Assembly (NCBI GenBank): GCA_003213595.1
Contig: QCMR01000001.1
Coordinates: 24,148-88,147 of the forward strand
DNA from: SAR86 cluster bacterium AG-422-E19
GTDB taxonomy: Bacteria > Pseudomonadota > Gammaproteobacteria > Magnimaribacterales > AG-339-G14
DNA length: 64,000 nucleotides
Direction: 5' to 3'
Shown piece after piece: positions 9,301 to 18,162 of the stretch (position 1 is its first letter; the number at the start of each line of letters is the position of its first letter). The translations under genes and the position numbers were made by a program. The notes below the pieces were generated by a model. It was not told where the DNA came from. It worked only from the letters and a program-made list of their open reading frames with translations, and ran no database searches.

Positions 9301-9513
9301 GAAGACAGACGTTCAAATGTTGAGATTGCTCCTCATACTACTGTAGATGCTACTTACACTTACAGTTGGGATGACTTCAGCATGTCTTTCTCAGCATATA
9401 ATCTTACTGATGAACAACCTCCATTTGCTTTATGGGAAATGAGCTATGATCCAAATACTCACAGTCCATTAGGTAGATACTTTAAAGTAGGTTTTACATA
9501 CAATATGGAGTAA
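6397..9513 (+). CDS. Large TonB-dependent receptor (1038 aa), substrate unknown
   Basis: Signal peptide; TonB-box-like EQVTVIGS; plug VNLRGLGTNRTLVLVNGKR; RIEILKEGAAATYGSDAIAGVVNFIT; GNPNLEPEEA; C-terminal GRYFKVGFTY. Confidence 0.92.
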   Translation: MYKKLLLTGVLLSFFSGLSFTQDEQVTVIGSLIKGTPIDTGSPVSTFNAEEVASQNNLNIVELIKMVPGSSGMDGEANQFGSNASEGIANVNLRGLGTNRTLVLVNGKRQVTVPIATGAGRSVNLNDLPMSALSRIEILKEGAAATYGSDAIAGVVNFITDSTFEGLRVNFGAKGISGAEQDGNEFSITYGTALNDGTNFLLSLGAQKKGELRAENTEYVRRSFKENGVGGWSSFGNPGTFVFKLDDGNANTDAPTGYVGDPGCNASGGYAQLLSADSKVAHKNAAGDTISETDMGGYHTLCRYQYAYFDNVQEEQTNSQLWMEFNGDVNGEHDFHVEFSYGKTNVPNYATSPSYPPNNPTATVVPNYHPGLQALYTQHPAFATLLKGSAFGGDGTTQRAAHAMFARPFATAGNPNGASNGAENEFRKYDVYRFAFDFEGSLTDGIEYSTGLNYSQSEGNYTFSDTQQNKYNSSLWGYGGPNCPYEMTALSATGVPTMTHKVTGVNATLSATPPTGCGYLNIFSNAFEQGNQAFYDNKNPFTGDNQVGTSIKDKVGKNPHYLAAQANDPDFLRWLVDRGEVEAKSTLMTADFTIQGSMGALSGGDAAWAFGYERREYNLEQSLPSRAGTKLSPTHDIFDGDKHPCLLPKDNRDASERASCLATNPAGLFMFLAPAYGRDQSQEVDSLFAEFALPILDNFDMQLALRYEDYGNVDSVDPKVVMRWTPIDALTLRFTGQTTFRAPNPDEIWDKRSTSLAYVAQTGAFKAIDATGNPNLEPEEATTYNFGIITDFGTDNWTATVDYYNFDFDNPIITEAYAQIAAAYAAGKAAGATAAQTAAFNAVKGQVRGGPNYRTDGSFAASQIARIETLYVNGPQTETDGLDIYVKWEDDYANGVLSAGMEAAYVIDYSVAAYSKGGAQIAGAYECAGYFNINNTCRSMPDLKSKAFVNYVTDQHNFYGAINYISSYEDRRSNVEIAPHTTVDATYTYSWDDFSMSFSAYNLTDEQPPFALWEMSYDPNTHSPLGRYFKVGFTYNME

Positions 9514-9525
9514 GTCTTACTTAAT

Positions 9526-9558
9526 AAAAAAAGCCTCTGCTTGCAGAGGCTTTTTTTT
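9526..9558. terminator. Bidirectional intrinsic terminator
   Basis: A-run, GCCTCTGC-tt-GCAGAGGC, T-run, between convergent genes. Confidence 0.9.
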
Positions 9559-10183
9559 ATTTAAAGATATTCAATAATTCTTTTTTAACTTGCTCGGCAA
9601 TAATTTTCTGAGCTTTTTGATTGGGATGAATTCCATCTAATTGCATTAAGTCCTTATCAAGGGCAACGTTTTCTAACAAAAAGGACATCTTAGGAATGCT
9701 TTTTTCTTGAGCTATTTCTGAATAAATACTTTCAAACGCCGCTATATAATTTTTTCCATAATTTGGCGGTATTCTTATTTGCATAATAATTGGATAAGCC
9801 CCGGCTTCTAAAGAAACATCTATTATTTTAATTAAGTTATGTTTGATTTTATCAATTGGATAGCCTCTCAGTGCATCGTTACCGCCCAGTTCAACCAAAA
9901 CATAATTTGGCCTGTATTGTTTTAAATCATTCTCAATTCTGGATAAGCCGCCAATGGTTGTATCTCCCGAAATACTAGAGTTGATAATCTGTAATTCCTT
10001 TCCAGATGTCTTCAATGAAACCTCCAATAACTGAACCCAATTTTCCGATTCTTTCAATCCATAACCAGCTGAAATACTGTCTCCTAAAATCAAAAGCTTC
10101 TTTGATTCTGCAGTGATAGAATAAGAAAAAGTTAAAAATAAAATTAATATTATTTTTAATCCATATTTTTCTAAAAAATTCAT
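9557..10183 (-). CDS. tesA: SGNH arylesterase / acyl-CoA thioesterase I
   Basis: GDSISAGYG, ELGGNDALRG, DGIHP; divergent from ybbA. Confidence 0.92.
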   Translation of the reverse strand: MNFLEKYGLKIILILFLTFSYSITAESKKLLILGDSISAGYGLKESENWVQLLEVSLKTSGKELQIINSSISGDTTIGGLSRIENDLKQYRPNYVLVELGGNDALRGYPIDKIKHNLIKIIDVSLEAGAYPIIMQIRIPPNYGKNYIAAFESIYSEIAQEKSIPKMSFLLENVALDKDLMQLDGIHPNQKAQKIIAEQVKKELLNIFK

Positions 10184-10846
10184 TTGATGATTATAGAAGC
10201 AAGAAATTTGTCAAAAAAGATTATTTTTAATAATCAGGAAATAGTCATTCTAGACGATATCAATCTTGAAGTAAGTGCTTCTTCTTCCTTAGCGGTAATT
10301 GGACCTTCTGGCTCAGGAAAATCTACTCTTTTGGGTATTTTAGCTGGCCTCGATTCCCCAAGTTCTGGTGAGATATTTATCAATCAAACACCTCTACATA
10401 ATTTATCTGAAGATGCTCGAGCAAAAATCAGAAAAGACTCAGTTGCATTTGTTTTTCAGAACTTTGAACTCTTGGCAGGCCTTAATGCTTTGGAAAATGT
10501 GATGCTTCCTATAGAGCTAAAAGGCAAGAAAAAAGCAAGAGCCATTGCCGAAACTTACCTTGAAAAAGTAGGTATGCAAAATCGCTTAACGCATTACCCT
10601 CAGCAACTTTCTGGAGGGGAACAGCAAAGAGTTGCTATAGCTAGAGCTTTTGCCTGTGAAGCCGATGTATTGTTTTGCGATGAACCAACTGGAAATTTAG
10701 ATTCCAGTAACAGCGAGCTAATTGCTAATCTTATCTTTGATACTTTTATGGAATCCTCAAGTGCATTGGTTATTGTGACTCATGATATTTCCTTAGCAAA
10801 TAGATGCGATCAAAAAATAGAGTTAGTTGATGGCAAAGTCTTATGA
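10184..10846 (+). CDS. ybbA: ABC transporter ATP-binding protein (YbbA-like)
   Basis: GPSGSGKST, LSGGEQQR, DEPTGNLD. Confidence 0.88.
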   Translation: MMIIEARNLSKKIIFNNQEIVILDDINLEVSASSSLAVIGPSGSGKSTLLGILAGLDSPSSGEIFINQTPLHNLSEDARAKIRKDSVAFVFQNFELLAGLNALENVMLPIELKGKKKARAIAETYLEKVGMQNRLTHYPQQLSGGEQQRVAIARAFACEADVLFCDEPTGNLDSSNSELIANLIFDTFMESSSALVIVTHDISLANRCDQKIELVDGKVL

Positions 10847-13281
10847 CAATTTTTTCATTAGCAACAAAGATTTTTCTTAGAGAATTCAGATCAGGACAAC
10901 TTCTCCTGATGTTTCTCTCTTTGTCCTTGGCAGTAGGTATTGTCGCTTCCATTACCTTCTTTACTGATCGTTTGGATGGCTCTTTAATGATGGAATCAAA
11001 GCAATTTTTAGGAGGTGATTTAAAATATGAGTCCGATACACCTCTTGATGAGTCTTCATTCCCCATTGGAGATTACTCTTATGCAAGTATTTATGAATTT
11101 GGCTCAGTGCTGGGCTCGTCCAAGAAATTTCAACTTGCTTCAATAAAATCGGTCTCCCCACCTTATCCTTTGATTGGCGAGTTTGAAATTCTAAAAAAAT
11201 ATGATCAAAGAATCTTGGAAACAAATCCGCCAAAACCAGGAAACGTTTGGCTAGATACTCGTTTGGCCAACCTCTTAGAAGTTACGATTGATGACACGAT
11301 TAATATCGGTGAAAAAGATTTTTCCATAAGCGGAATCATTCTTGCCGAATCAGACAGGGGCGCTGGATCTTTTGCCTTTGCTCCAAAAGCCATTATGAAC
11401 TCGTCTGATCTTGAGAAAGCAAACGTAATTCAACCAGGCTCAAGGGTAAGATATTCATATGTCTTTGGTGGATCACAAGAGACTATAAAATTATTAGAAA
11501 ATTTCTTTCAATCTAAAAAAAAACCAGGAGATGAGATTACTACTCCAGGAAACGAAACAAGCCCACTCGGCAGGGCAATCAAAAGAGCCTCAAATTTTTT
11601 TCTATTGGGTGCTTTACTAGCAATCATTTTATCCTCGCTAGCCATAGCTATATGCTCCTTGCAGTTCACTAGAAGACACGTGGACTATGTAGCTATTTTT
11701 AAAGCTTTAGGATTATCTCCTATTGAAATAAGAAACGCATACTTACTTATCTTCAGTTTGATTGCTCTATTTTCTTTTTTAACAGGCATTTTCTTAGGCT
11801 GGGTGGTTCAGCTATCGTTTACGAATCTTTTGAAAGATTATTTCCCTACAAATTTGCCTTTGCCTGGGCTAGATCCTTATCTTATTTCATTGTTAACAGC
11901 TTTCTTATGTTTGATGGGCTTTGCTTATCCGATATTAAGAAATCTCTTTAATCTCTCGCCTAATGTCATTTTGAGAAAATCTGAGAAAAATATTAATGCT
12001 TTTAATTCTTCATTTTATATCGTTGGAGGTTTATCAGCCTTTTACGTGCTTTTGATCTTTTTTATTAAGGATTTTTATTTAACGAATATCATATTCTTTT
12101 CAATTCTTATGTTTAGTGGAATTATTTTTGCCTTCATTTATGGCATCTTTCATTTTATAAAGCCTTTGGGACTTAATCCTCTTAAGCCAATGAAAATGCT
12201 TGCTTTTGAGCTCAGCAGGAGAAAACTTTTTAATTCCATGCAAATCGTAGCAATAACTGTTGCTGTTGCTCTCAGTTTAGTAGCCTACTCTGCCTCAACA
12301 AATTTGGTTGGGTCATGGAAAAGTTCTCTCCCAGATAATGCTCCTAACAATCTTTTATTCAATATATATGAGGGAGAAAAAGAAGATCTTGTTGAGTTTT
12401 TAAAGTCAAATGAGATATCAATTCAGCCATTATTTCCGGTAACGAGTGCAAGATTTCAAAGATTGGATTCAAAAAAAGAAATTGATCGTACTTTCAACTT
12501 CACTTGGATGGATAAACTGCCAGAAGGCAATGAAGTCATTGCTGGAGAATGGTTTAAAAATGAAAATAATGGTGTTTCAATTTCATCAGAAATATCAGAA
12601 AGATATGAACTACAGGTTAACGATCGGATTGTTATAGATGTTGCGGGTAAAAAAATTAATAGTTACATTCAAAGTATTAGAGAAGTAAATTGGGAAAATT
12701 TTAGCCCTAATTTTTTTGCCATTGGCTTTCCAGATGACTTTAAAGAAATCTCTTCAACATTTATAACATCCTTTCATATTCCTCAGGAAAAGAAACCTTT
12801 ATCATCGGAATTAATGAAGACCTTTCCAACGATATCGTACATCTCATTGGATGCAATAATTTCGGAAGTTCAATCCATCATCTTAAAAGTTTCACAGGCG
12901 TTAAAATTAATTTTGGGTTTAACTCTAATTGCAGGATTGTTTTTAATGTTGGCAACTATCCAAGAAAGTTTTAAGCAAAGGGAAAAACAAAACGCAATTC
13001 TTAAAACTTTAGGTCTAAATAGAAAAGTCATGCAAAAAAACACTTTTATGGAATACCTATCGATTGGATTATTTTCGGGACTGTTAGGTAGTATGCTTGC
13101 TGTGATAACAACATTTTTTATTGAAGAAATAGTTTTTGAAATAAACTCCCAAATATACTGGGAAGTAACATTCATCGGAGCATTTGGTTCAATTTTAGTA
13201 GTTGGAATAATTGCTGCCCTATTTACGTTCTACCTTTCTTCTAAGACTCCAAAAGACGTTCTAAGAGGTGCAGATGGCTAA
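10843..13281 (+). CDS. ybbP: FtsX-type ABC permease (YbbP-like)
   Basis: Duplicated TM/periplasmic architecture, QPGSRVRY, REVNWENFSPNFF; synteny with tesA-ybbA. Confidence 0.85.
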   Translation: MTIFSLATKIFLREFRSGQLLLMFLSLSLAVGIVASITFFTDRLDGSLMMESKQFLGGDLKYESDTPLDESSFPIGDYSYASIYEFGSVLGSSKKFQLASIKSVSPPYPLIGEFEILKKYDQRILETNPPKPGNVWLDTRLANLLEVTIDDTINIGEKDFSISGIILAESDRGAGSFAFAPKAIMNSSDLEKANVIQPGSRVRYSYVFGGSQETIKLLENFFQSKKKPGDEITTPGNETSPLGRAIKRASNFFLLGALLAIILSSLAIAICSLQFTRRHVDYVAIFKALGLSPIEIRNAYLLIFSLIALFSFLTGIFLGWVVQLSFTNLLKDYFPTNLPLPGLDPYLISLLTAFLCLMGFAYPILRNLFNLSPNVILRKSEKNINAFNSSFYIVGGLSAFYVLLIFFIKDFYLTNIIFFSILMFSGIIFAFIYGIFHFIKPLGLNPLKPMKMLAFELSRRKLFNSMQIVAITVAVALSLVAYSASTNLVGSWKSSLPDNAPNNLLFNIYEGEKEDLVEFLKSNEISIQPLFPVTSARFQRLDSKKEIDRTFNFTWMDKLPEGNEVIAGEWFKNENNGVSISSEISERYELQVNDRIVIDVAGKKINSYIQSIREVNWENFSPNFFAIGFPDDFKEISSTFITSFHIPQEKKPLSSELMKTFPTISYISLDAIISEVQSIILKVSQALKLILGLTLIAGLFLMLATIQESFKQREKQNAILKTLGLNRKVMQKNTFMEYLSIGLFSGLLGSMLAVITTFFIEEIVFEINSQIYWEVTFIGAFGSILVVGIIAALFTFYLSSKTPKDVLRGADG

Positions 13282-13975
13282 ATCAAGAAACATAATTGCG
13301 ATAGGTGGAGGAGGTTTTGGGGCAAATCCAGGACAAGGAATTATTGAAGAGTACATTTTAAAGCAAACCAAAAAAAAGAACCCCAAAATTTGCTTTATTC
13401 CCACAGCAACAGGAGATAACGAGGCTTACAAAGTAAATTTTTATTCTACCTTCACAAACTTAAATTGCTGCCCTTCTCATCTAGACTTTTTTAAAAGAAC
13501 TCCGGACTTAAATGATTTAATTCTTAATCAGGATGTAATCTTTGTTGGAGGAGGAAATACCAAAAGTATGTTGGCTGTTTGGAAGGAATGGGGGTTAGAT
13601 AAAATTCTAAAAAAAGCCTATAAAGATGGAATTGTAATGAGCGGAGTTAGTGCGGGAGCAATTTGCTGGTTTCAAAATGGAATTACAGACTCCTGGGCTT
13701 CGAGCCTAAAAATAATGCCCTGTTTAAACTTTATAAAGGGTAGTTGCTGTCCTCATTATGATGAAGAACCAGAACGCAGGCCAGCTGTAAAAAAACTATT
13801 ACTAACCAATAAAATAAAGGATGTTTTTGCAGTGGACGGAGGCGCAGCTCTGCATATCAAAGATGAAAAAATTTTCAAATCTGTAGTTTTTAGAAACAAA
13901 AAAAGTAGCTACTTTGTCTCGTATGATGGTAAGAAAATAAATGAAAAAAGTTTCAAAGAAATTAAACTTATTTAG
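13274..13975 (+). CDS. Peptidase S51 family (peptidase E-like)
   Basis: FIPTA, VGGGNT, GVSAGA nucleophile elbow, CPHY. Confidence 0.85.
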   Translation: MAKSRNIIAIGGGGFGANPGQGIIEEYILKQTKKKNPKICFIPTATGDNEAYKVNFYSTFTNLNCCPSHLDFFKRTPDLNDLILNQDVIFVGGGNTKSMLAVWKEWGLDKILKKAYKDGIVMSGVSAGAICWFQNGITDSWASSLKIMPCLNFIKGSCCPHYDEEPERRPAVKKLLLTNKIKDVFAVDGGAALHIKDEKIFKSVVFRNKKSSYFVSYDGKKINEKSFKEIKLI

Positions 13976-14014
13976 TAAGATTCACTTAATAATAAAATAC
14001 AAATTGGAGAAAAA

Positions 14015-14425
14015 ATGCTTAAAAATTTAACGCTTCTAACAACTCTTTTTCTTTCTTTTTTTGCTTTTTCAATGGGTCATCTTGATCATGAAAAAGGTCT
14101 TCATCCAGTCGCTAAGTCAGGTCAAGTGATTGTCACTTACCAAGGTGATTGTTCTAAAGGAAATACAAAGAAAGCTATGCAGCTAATAGATAAAATCATT
14201 GCCTATGAAAAGAAAAACAGTCCTATAAAATATTCTTCTGCGCCTGGAACTTGGTCTGATAATTCCATTGGAGCAGTTGATTTGCATGACTCTGAAGATG
14301 CTATGAATAAAGCTTTTGATTGGCAATCTGGTGATAAAAAATGGTCAAATATGTTTGATGGAATTGCAAAAGCTTGCGGGATAACAACTGACGATTTCGT
14401 TATCAAAATAATGAAAGCTAAATAG
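14015..14425 (+). CDS. Secreted hypothetical protein
   Basis: SD GGAG; signal peptide ending AFS; His-rich mature N-terminus; two Cys. Confidence 0.75.
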   Translation: MLKNLTLLTTLFLSFFAFSMGHLDHEKGLHPVAKSGQVIVTYQGDCSKGNTKKAMQLIDKIIAYEKKNSPIKYSSAPGTWSDNSIGAVDLHDSEDAMNKAFDWQSGDKKWSNMFDGIAKACGITTDDFVIKIMKAK

Positions 14426-14438
14426 AGCTATTTTTATT

Positions 14439-14741
14439 ATGAAAAAAAGTAACGATAAAAAGGGATATTGGGTTGCTAAAGCAAATGTGAATTCTCCAGA
14501 AAAACAACAAAATTATGGAAAATTAGCAGAAGCAGTGCTTGAAAAGTTTAAAGGCAAATTCCTCATAAGGGGCGGTCGTCAAGTTACTAAGGAAGGTGAA
14601 GAATACATGAGAAATGTTGTAGTTGAATTCCCTTCTTATAAAGACGCTGTAGATGCTTACGAGAGCAAAGAATACCAAGATGCATTAAAAGTTTTAAATG
14701 GTGGCGCTGAAAGGCTTTATGCTGTGGTTGAAGGCTACTGA
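14439..14741 (+). CDS. DUF1330 family protein
   Basis: GKFLIRGG...EG...RNVVVEFPS...A...Y.S.EYQ.A pattern. Confidence 0.85.
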   Translation: MKKSNDKKGYWVAKANVNSPEKQQNYGKLAEAVLEKFKGKFLIRGGRQVTKEGEEYMRNVVVEFPSYKDAVDAYESKEYQDALKVLNGGAERLYAVVEGY

Positions 14742-14760
14742 ATAAAATCAAAAACCGGAA

Positions 14761-14919
14761 ATGTTCTACTTTCTTCTTCTTGCATGGCTAATGGCATCCT
14801 ATATGGCTTTGTTTTCTTCAAGAATGAAAGATAGTCCTTTGAAGCCTTATGGATGGTCAATATGGTTTGTTGTTACAGTGATAGTTTTAGGAAGTTTAAT
14901 AAGTGAGTGGGTAAGGTAA
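14761..14919 (+). CDS. Small two-helix membrane protein (52 aa), absent from the ORF track
   Basis: MFYFLLLAWLMASYMALFSSRMKDSPLKPYGWSIWFVVTVIVLGSLISEWVR*; fills the gap between co-oriented genes. Confidence 0.65.
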   Translation: MFYFLLLAWLMASYMALFSSRMKDSPLKPYGWSIWFVVTVIVLGSLISEWVR

Positions 14920-14923
14920 AAAA

Positions 14924-15340
14924 ATGCAGAATGACGAAAAATTAAAAAAATTTACAAAAGAATTCTTCGGTAAATCCATGGAATTTCTAAGTCTTGAATA
15001 TATTGAATCTACTGACGATGAAATGATTTTTTCTTGTAAATTTAAAGATGAATGCTCTAATCCCATGGGATCTGTCCAAGGAGGCATGATAACCGCTGCA
15101 TTAGACGATGCTACATCTGCTGCAATGATTTCAGGTTATGACGAAAAGAAAGCCCCCATGACTACGGATTTACATGTCCTGTTTCATAGGCCTCTGGCGG
15201 TAGGTCCTGCAAAAATGAAAGTCAAAATTATAAAATTAGGAAGAAGCAGCGCTACTTCTGAAGGTAGAATTTATAACCAAGAAGATAAATTGGTCGCAAC
15301 CCTTCTTCACACTGCTCAACCAGTAGACAGGCCAAATTAA
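14924..15340 (+). CDS. PaaI family hotdog thioesterase
   Basis: NPMGSVQGGMITAALDD motif. Confidence 0.88.
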   Translation: MQNDEKLKKFTKEFFGKSMEFLSLEYIESTDDEMIFSCKFKDECSNPMGSVQGGMITAALDDATSAAMISGYDEKKAPMTTDLHVLFHRPLAVGPAKMKVKIIKLGRSSATSEGRIYNQEDKLVATLLHTAQPVDRPN

Positions 15341-16140
15341 TTATTTTTCAGCTTGAATATTGCGAGTAGATTTATACTCATACAGCAGTGTAATGATTTA
15401 TCTTCAAAAAGATTCACATTCACATCGATAAATTCATGACCTTTTTTCTCATAAAAATCTTGAACTGACATTTCTGCTATTAAAGTAGTATCAATTGGAA
15501 CGGGTCTGTAATTTTGGGATTTTGTTTGCAAATGAACCCAAGGATTCATGAAAGCATTGCCTGCTAAAATCCAGTTAGAACATCCGAGTAAAAAACACAA
15601 GTTTGCATATCCAACCTCTTTTGGTTGTAAAAGCTTAGGCAATTTCTTTTCATCAGTGAGGTATATTAGTGGTTTATCGCCTCCCCAATGAAATTTGAAA
15701 GCTTTACAACCTTCTTTTTTCAGCTTCTCCCAAACTTCAAAAGAAGCCAATGGAGCTTCAAAATTATCTTGAACAAAAGGATCGCCTAGATAGTCAGGTT
15801 CAGTAATAGAGCTGTTTGAAATCTTAGATTCTGCATTAGCTATGATCTTTCCATCTCGATTTTTTAAAAAAGTGTTTATTTGACCTTCCTTAAAATCTTC
15901 TGACAAAACCTCAAAAGTTTCACCATCGTAAAGCGGGGAAGTTATTTTACAATTGGCATATCCCCTCTCTAACCATGGCTTTCCAATGGATTCTATAACT
16001 GGATGGAGTAAATATGCTGAAACAGTAACACCCGGGACTAATCCACCTTTGAAGCCATACTCTTTTGCTAGTTCATCACTATGAATTTGATTTTCTGAGT
16101 CTGGTGCGGTGTTTAAAGCAGTTGCTTGCCAGGAATTCAT
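15337..16140 (-). CDS. Double hotdog / MaoC-like dehydratase-related protein
   Basis: NQIHSDELAKEYGFKGGLVPG resembles the MaoC hydratase motif; C-terminal YEKKGHEFI strand. Confidence 0.6.
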   Translation of the reverse strand: MNSWQATALNTAPDSENQIHSDELAKEYGFKGGLVPGVTVSAYLLHPVIESIGKPWLERGYANCKITSPLYDGETFEVLSEDFKEGQINTFLKNRDGKIIANAESKISNSSITEPDYLGDPFVQDNFEAPLASFEVWEKLKKEGCKAFKFHWGGDKPLIYLTDEKKLPKLLQPKEVGYANLCFLLGCSNWILAGNAFMNPWVHLQTKSQNYRPVPIDTTLIAEMSVQDFYEKKGHEFIDVNVNLFEDKSLHCCMSINLLAIFKLKNN

Positions 16141-16148
16141 AACCAAAT

Positions 16149-16985
16149 CTAATCTAGCGTTTTCTTTTGTTTAAAATAAAGCACAAGTCCTAGTGCAATA
16201 GGCCAGCTTCCCAATATAAATTCACCAACGAATATCTGATTAAAGCCTGTGCCATGTGCGTAAATTGCAATCAGATTAAATATGCCTGCCCCAATGTATA
16301 TTAATCCAGCTGAGAAAAACCAAACAGGATTTAAAGTAATAACTCCAAAAATAGAAAATAAGAATGTAGCTACAAAAAAAGAAGTAAAGTCTCTCAAAAG
16401 AGCATTTTGTGCTTCGGAAGTTAATTCGCTAAAAACGAACCCAAAATCTGAGGCAGCAATTATTGGGGTGAATACCCAATTAAGTACCAAGCCTAAAAGG
16501 AAGTAAGCATAAAATATTCCTAAAAACCTAATGATGAAAGTGTAGTTCTTTTCCTCTGAAATCAATTTGAAATAAAAGTAACCGCCTAGAAAACCTGCAC
16601 CCCAATGTAAAACTTTTCCTATCAAGGTTCTGTTGCCCCCTAACAATTGAGTTTGAAATAATAATTCCACCATTAAGATAAGAGCCATTCCAATTGCTAC
16701 AGAACCAGCTACAGCATAAAGGTATTTACCTCCCAAACTGCTGTATTTTGAAATCAATCCAGCGATAGTGAAAGCAACAGTAAAACCAATGATTATTACT
16801 CCAAACAAGGCAATTCCTAATCTTTGAAAATCAAATAAGATAACTTCCAAAGACGAAATTAATCCTACAGGCATATCAACAGAGGCAAGCCAAATTAAAT
16901 TAGACAATGAAGAAATTGGTGTCATCAACATTACAGTAAATAAGGCTGCAGAAAGAACTGCGAATGGATATTTTGCTATTCTCAT
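16149..16985 (-). CDS. Multi-pass membrane protein, unknown function
   Basis: About 8 hydrophobic segments; starts 2 bp after the dehydrogenase stop. Confidence 0.75.
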   Translation of the reverse strand: MRIAKYPFAVLSAALFTVMLMTPISSLSNLIWLASVDMPVGLISSLEVILFDFQRLGIALFGVIIIGFTVAFTIAGLISKYSSLGGKYLYAVAGSVAIGMALILMVELLFQTQLLGGNRTLIGKVLHWGAGFLGGYFYFKLISEEKNYTFIIRFLGIFYAYFLLGLVLNWVFTPIIAASDFGFVFSELTSEAQNALLRDFTSFFVATFLFSIFGVITLNPVWFFSAGLIYIGAGIFNLIAIYAHGTGFNQIFVGEFILGSWPIALGLVLYFKQKKTLD

Positions 16986-16987
16986 AA

Positions 16988-18070
16988 TTATTCCGATAAA
17001 ACTTTTATTAACTTTCCTCTTGGCCCATCTGTTAAGAGATAAATAAAGCCGTTTGGTGAAGCTTGAATATTTCTAAGTCTAGAATTCAACTCTGAAAAAA
17101 GACTTTCTTGATTATCTTTTCCGGTCTGAGAAAAAGTAACTTTTTTTACATCTTTGGAAACCAACGCCGTCACTAAAAAACTGTTTTTCAATTCTGGATA
17201 TTTATCACCCTCATAAAAAATCATATCAGAAGGAGCAATTGATGGTGTCCAGTGAAATAAGGGCTGTTCCATACCTTCTTTTTCAGTAAAAGGACTTATA
17301 ACTGCTCCAGAATAATCTATTCCGTAAGTAATTGCCGGCCAGCCGTAGTTAAGAGACGGTTCAATAAGATTCATTTCGTCACCTCCCCTTGGTCCATGTT
17401 CATGCTCATATATTTCGCCAGTTTTTGTAACAATCAGCCCTTGTTGGTTTCTGTGCCCATATGAATAAATGTCTGGTAGAGCATTCTCCACGTTTACAAA
17501 TGGATTATCAGAAGGAATTGTTCCATCTTTGTTTATTCTAATTATTTTTCCAAAATGATTATCCAAAGTTTGAGCCTTTTCACGATGGTCAAAGCCATCC
17601 CCACTAGCAAGTAAAATCGTTCCATCATTTAAAAATGCAATTTTGGCGCCTAGGTGAACGGGAATTCTTCTCGGTGCTTTCGCTTCAAAAATTACTTTTT
17701 TATTTTCAAGAGAATCTTTATTCAATACAGCCGACATTAAATACAGCGTAGATTTTCCATCTGAATTTCGGGCTGAATAACTGAGGTAAATTATATTGTT
17801 CGAGGCAAAGTCTGGGTCAAGTACAACTTCGGAGAGACCTCCTTGACTGCTGTATTGAACCTTTGGGGTGTTTTTAATCTGTGTGATTGAACCATCTATC
17901 AAATTAGCAATTTTTAATTTGCCTGGCATTTCGGTATAAATGATCTCGTCTTCGCTTAAAAACTCTAAGCTCCAAGCATCATCTAAGCCACTCAGAACTG
18001 TTTCAAACTGATAATCTGAAAAAAGACTTGTTGAAAAACATAAAACGAATAAAAGATATTTTGCTCTCAT
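16988..18070 (-). CDS. PQQ-dependent aldose/sugar dehydrogenase (YliI/Asd family beta-propeller)
   Basis: Signal peptide, QGGL, YSYGHRNQQGL, EHGPRGGDE, NYGWP, SIAPS. Confidence 0.88.
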   Translation of the reverse strand: MRAKYLLFVLCFSTSLFSDYQFETVLSGLDDAWSLEFLSEDEIIYTEMPGKLKIANLIDGSITQIKNTPKVQYSSQGGLSEVVLDPDFASNNIIYLSYSARNSDGKSTLYLMSAVLNKDSLENKKVIFEAKAPRRIPVHLGAKIAFLNDGTILLASGDGFDHREKAQTLDNHFGKIIRINKDGTIPSDNPFVNVENALPDIYSYGHRNQQGLIVTKTGEIYEHEHGPRGGDEMNLIEPSLNYGWPAITYGIDYSGAVISPFTEKEGMEQPLFHWTPSIAPSDMIFYEGDKYPELKNSFLVTALVSKDVKKVTFSQTGKDNQESLFSELNSRLRNIQASPNGFIYLLTDGPRGKLIKVLSE

Positions 18071-18162
18071 AACTCCCCTTGATTGAAAGATTAATTATAA
18101 AAGATAAACCCTTAGGTAATAAAATAAATAACAGTTTAAGATTATTGGTTTATCATAAATTT

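Noticed and set aside
10181-10189. tesA and ybbA start codons abutting head-to-head
   Set aside because: A known conserved arrangement; the two genes overlap in E. coli.
18079-18162. N-terminal extensions in the ORF track for the ACAD, and likewise pyrE and gmk
   Set aside because: Artefacts of taking the most upstream start codon; family similarity begins at the later ATGs.
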